Assembly: GCF_009914755.1 (NCBI RefSeq)
Contig: NC_060935.1
Length of the DNA: 64,000 nucleotides
Source of the DNA: the human T2T-CHM13v2.0 reference genome, Homo sapiens
Direction: 5' to 3' (one strand)
The position numbers and the translations under genes were made by a program. Shown here piece by piece: positions 62,711 through 64,000 of this stretch. Every line of letters begins with the position of its first letter. The stretch's first letter is position 1. Below the pieces are notes generated by a model. That model saw only the letters and a list, made by a program, of their open reading frames with translations, was not told the DNA's origin and did no database searches.

Positions 62711-64000
62711 TTAATGAGGTTATTTGTTTTCTGCTTGTTGATTTCTGTTCCTTATAAATTCTAAATATTAGCCCTTTGTCGATGTATATTTGTGAGTATT
62801 TCTCCCATTCTGTAGGTTTTCTGTTTACTGTGTAGATAGTTTCTTTTGCTGAGCAGAAGCTCTTTCATTTAATTAGGTCCCACTTGTCAATTTTTGGTTT
62901 AATTGCAGTTGTTTTGAGGACTGAGTCATAAATTCTTTCCCAAGGCCAGAGGGTATTTCCTAGGTTCTCTTCTAGATTTTTTTTTCTTAAATTTAAGGTC
63001 TTACATTTAAGTCCTTAATCCATCTTGAGTTAATTTTGTATATGCTGAAAGGTAAGGGTCCAGTTTCATTCTTCTGCATGTGGCTAGCCAGTTATCCCAG
63101 CACCATTTATCGAACAGGGAATCTTTTCCTCATTGCTTGTTTCTGTCGACTTTGTTGAAGATCACATGGTTGTAGGTGTGTGGATTTACTTCTGGGTTCA
63201 CTATTCTGTTCCACTGGTCTATGTGTCTGGTTTTGTACCAGTACCATGCTGTTTTGGTTACTATAGCCTAATGGCATAGTTTGAAGTTGGGTAGTGTTAT
63301 GTCTCCAGCTTTGTTCATTTTACATATGATTGCTTTGACCATTTGGTCTCTTTTTTCTTCCATATGAATTTTAGAATAGGTTTTTCTAATTCTGTGAAGA
63401 ATGATGTTGATAGTTTGATAAGAATAGCATTGGATCTGTAGATCGCTTTGGGCTGTATGGCCACTTTAATGATATCGATTCTCCCAATCAATGAGCATAG
63501 AATGTTTTTCCATTTATTTGTGTCATCTATAATTTCTTTCAGGAGTGTTTTGTAGTTCTATTTGTAGAGCTCTTTCACCTCCTTTATTAGCGGTATTCCT
63601 TGGTATTTCATTTTCTTTGTGGTTATTATAAATGGGATTATGTTCTTAATTTGACTCCTAGCCTGGATATTATTAGACATGCTACTGATTTTTGTATATC
63701 CATTTTGTATCTTGAAACATTATTAAAATAGTTTATCAGTCCTATTAGCATTTGTACATCTTTAGATGTGCAAAGAACTGGTACCAATCCTGCTGAAGCT
63801 ATTCTAAAAAATTGAGGAGGAGGGACTCCTCCATAACTGATTATATGAAGCTGGCATCAGCCTAATATCAAAATCTGACAGAGACTAAAGGGAAAAAGAA
63901 AACTTCAGGCCAATATCCCCTATGAATATGCATGCATAAATCCTCAAGCAAATACTAGCAAACTGAATTCAGCAGCACATCAAAAAGTTAATACACCATG

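Overview
Human (primate) genomic DNA from an olfactory-receptor cluster; the gene content matches chr11q12.1 as I recall it. It contains one intact gene, OR6Q1 (11302-12255, +). A complete six-exon vomeronasal type-2 receptor (class C GPCR) pseudogene can be rebuilt exon by exon on the - strand (45777 to 21118, probably VN2R9P). There is also a family-9 OR pseudogene split by an Alu (probably OR9L1P), a TRMT11 processed pseudogene made from an apparently exon-skipped mRNA, a U6-L1 chimeric retrocopy, and two probable TE-derived 5'UTR exons of OR9Q1. Most of the rest is repeats (more than 20 Alus, many L1s, MaLR/ERV1 LTRs, Tigger/MER DNA transposons). The most unusual signals are mechanistic: a four-level L1 nest with a 3' transduction, two independent insertions at the same internal L1 position, an internally primed tailless L1 with a target-site duplication (TSD), and a locally templated Alu fragment. 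I found no evidence of a wholly new functional system. The best candidate for overlooked biology is the solitary, structurally complete V2R fossil. Gene symbols and repeat subfamily names come from recognition and memory, not database searches.
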